Positions 45,038 to 46,262 of a stretch of DNA of 46,262 nucleotides are shown piece by piece; position 1 is the first letter of the stretch; each line of letters starts with the position of its first letter. The translations under genes and the position numbers were made by a program. The notes beneath the pieces were generated by a model. It did no database searches. It saw only the letters and a list, made by a program, of their open reading frames with translations, and had not been told where the DNA came from. Source of the DNA: Craspedostauros australis (taxonomy: Eukaryota); contig JALAGF010006020.1 of assembly GCA_030167865.1 (NCBI GenBank), positions 1-46,262 on the forward strand, read 5' to 3'.

Positions 45038-46262
45038 ATGTGGCGCGTTGCATCCATTTTGCGAGAAAGGTCCACAGTTGCTTCTGCAACTGCAACTGCA
45101 ACTGCAGCAAAGGCAAGGGCAAGGGCAGCCTCGACTGCCACTGCTGGTGGTGTCAGCAATCCAGCCTCCTTCCTTCGCTCTCCCTTGAAATCCTCCCCAC
45201 GAGCTTGCGCCCATCTGCCATTCTCAACCGCAGCCGCAACCACGGGCCCAACCGACTCCATCACTGTGCAGCTGGACTACTACCTCTCACCACAATTCGC
45301 AGGAGTCGCATCTGCGGTTGTCAACGATCTGTACGCAAAGCACGGCATCCACCACCTCAACCTCCTCCCAACATGCCTTCCAGGTGAAGAGCAAGGCAGA
45401 GTGCGACAGCATCTCAACGACAATCCATCCCATGTGGCGGTTGGAACCGTGGAACAGAACATCTTCACGCCAACCCTCGCGGCCAATCCCCACCTCCGCA
45501 CCACCGCTGTGGCAGCCATGTTCCATCATTCGCCGTTGTGCGTGGCCTTTCTCAAGGATGCACCATCTCCACGTGTGATCGGAGCTCATGAGGACACCGT
45601 GGAGCTTCTGCAGAGGCTGTTCCCCAACGACAAGGTCATCGCCAGTCCACGAGCCAGCAAACTGACCGATCTTCTCATCAACGGTTCTGTGACGGGCATC
45701 CAGGCCTACACCACCACCGAGGTGCCGACCATCGAGCGCATGCTGCGCGATGATCCTGCTTTGGCAGGCAAGAAGCTGGAGGTGACAGTGTTGGAAGGTA
45801 TGGCAAGTGGCAGTGCAGGTGGCGGCGTTGCTGGTGGAGCCACAAAGCTTGGATACGGTCAGATGGTGTTCACTGGCGACGAGTGCCTGAGCGGTGATGA
45901 TGATCGACGCGATGTGGTGAAGGCGTTCTTGCAGGCCACGTTCGAAGGCTGGGAGCATGCCATCCGTCATCCTGAGCTTGCCGCCGAGCAGGTCCTCGAG
46001 GCTCAGAAGCGTTTGCTGGATGTGAACAGCACGGCCGACGGCGAGCTCGGTGATGTGGATCACTGGTATCGTGGATCGTCGAACGAGACACAGCGCGAGT
46101 ACGATGTGGAGATGACGCGTCTGTGCAACGATCAGGTGAAGGGCACGTTTCAGGCAGATCGATACGGAGTGATTGATGTTGATCGTTGGGACGAGGCGAA
46201 TCGTTGGTTGCTCGGAGATGGGTACAAGGGCGATAACTATGCCATCGATCCGGCCGTCTGGA
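45038..46262 (+). CDS. NMT1/THI5-like (periplasmic-binding-protein fold) protein with a mitochondrial-type presequence; 3'-truncated by the window end
   Basis: Not in the ORF track. My translation from ATG 45038 is open for 408 codons: MWRVASILRERSTVASATATATAAKARARAAS...FSTAAA...TVQLDYYLSPQFAGVASAVVNDLYAKHG...AVAAMFHHSPL...IQAYTTTEVP...LGYGQMVF...VKAFLQATFEGWEHAIRHPELAA...YGVIDVDRW... Confidence 0.88.
   Translation, partial: MWRVASILRERSTVASATATATAAKARARAASTATAGGVSNPASFLRSPLKSSPRACAHLPFSTAAATTGPTDSITVQLDYYLSPQFAGVASAVVNDLYAKHGIHHLNLLPTCLPGEEQGRVRQHLNDNPSHVAVGTVEQNIFTPTLAANPHLRTTAVAAMFHHSPLCVAFLKDAPSPRVIGAHEDTVELLQRLFPNDKVIASPRASKLTDLLINGSVTGIQAYTTTEVPTIERMLRDDPALAGKKLEVTVLEGMASGSAGGGVAGGATKLGYGQMVFTGDECLSGDDDRRDVVKAFLQATFEGWEHAIRHPELAAEQVLEAQKRLLDVNSTADGELGDVDHWYRGSSNETQREYDVEMTRLCNDQVKGTFQADRYGVIDVDRWDEANRWLLGDGYKGDNYAIDPAVW

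Noticed and set aside
45038..46262. THI5 HMP-phosphate synthase orthology
   Set aside because: The CCCxC motif is not present in the visible sequence; only a fold-level NMT1/THI5-like assignment is supported.

Overview
Eukaryotic genomic DNA, most likely from a diatom (inference: GT-AG introns, signal peptide + 'ASAFAP'-type plastid presequences, GC-rich codon usage, RXL motifs). I can support about 14 genes. In order: a type II membrane glycosyltransferase-like protein, a two-TM Gln/Met-rich protein, a small protein made of four 35-aa repeats, a targeted protein with a degenerate 2H-phosphoesterase (AKAP7-like) domain, a 2-exon secreted S8 subtilase with a Pro/Thr/Ser stalk, a 4-exon plastid-targeted lipoxygenase, a 1363-aa protein with 14 tandem ubiquitin-like domains lacking di-Gly ends, two tandem non-RD (FGD) TKL-type kinases, a 1879-aa scaffold with WH2-like motifs and five repeats carrying RVxF-type motifs, a low-complexity ORF, a plastid-targeted CIA30-domain protein, and a mitochondrion-targeted NMT1/THI5-like protein that runs off the window end and is missing from the ORF track. 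No rRNA, tRNA or CRISPR array was seen. The most unusual items are the WH2-like/RVxF repeat scaffold, the poly-Ubl protein, the pseudo-2H enzyme, the 35-aa repeat protein and the organellar NMT1-like protein. All family assignments come from motif recognition by eye; no searches were run.
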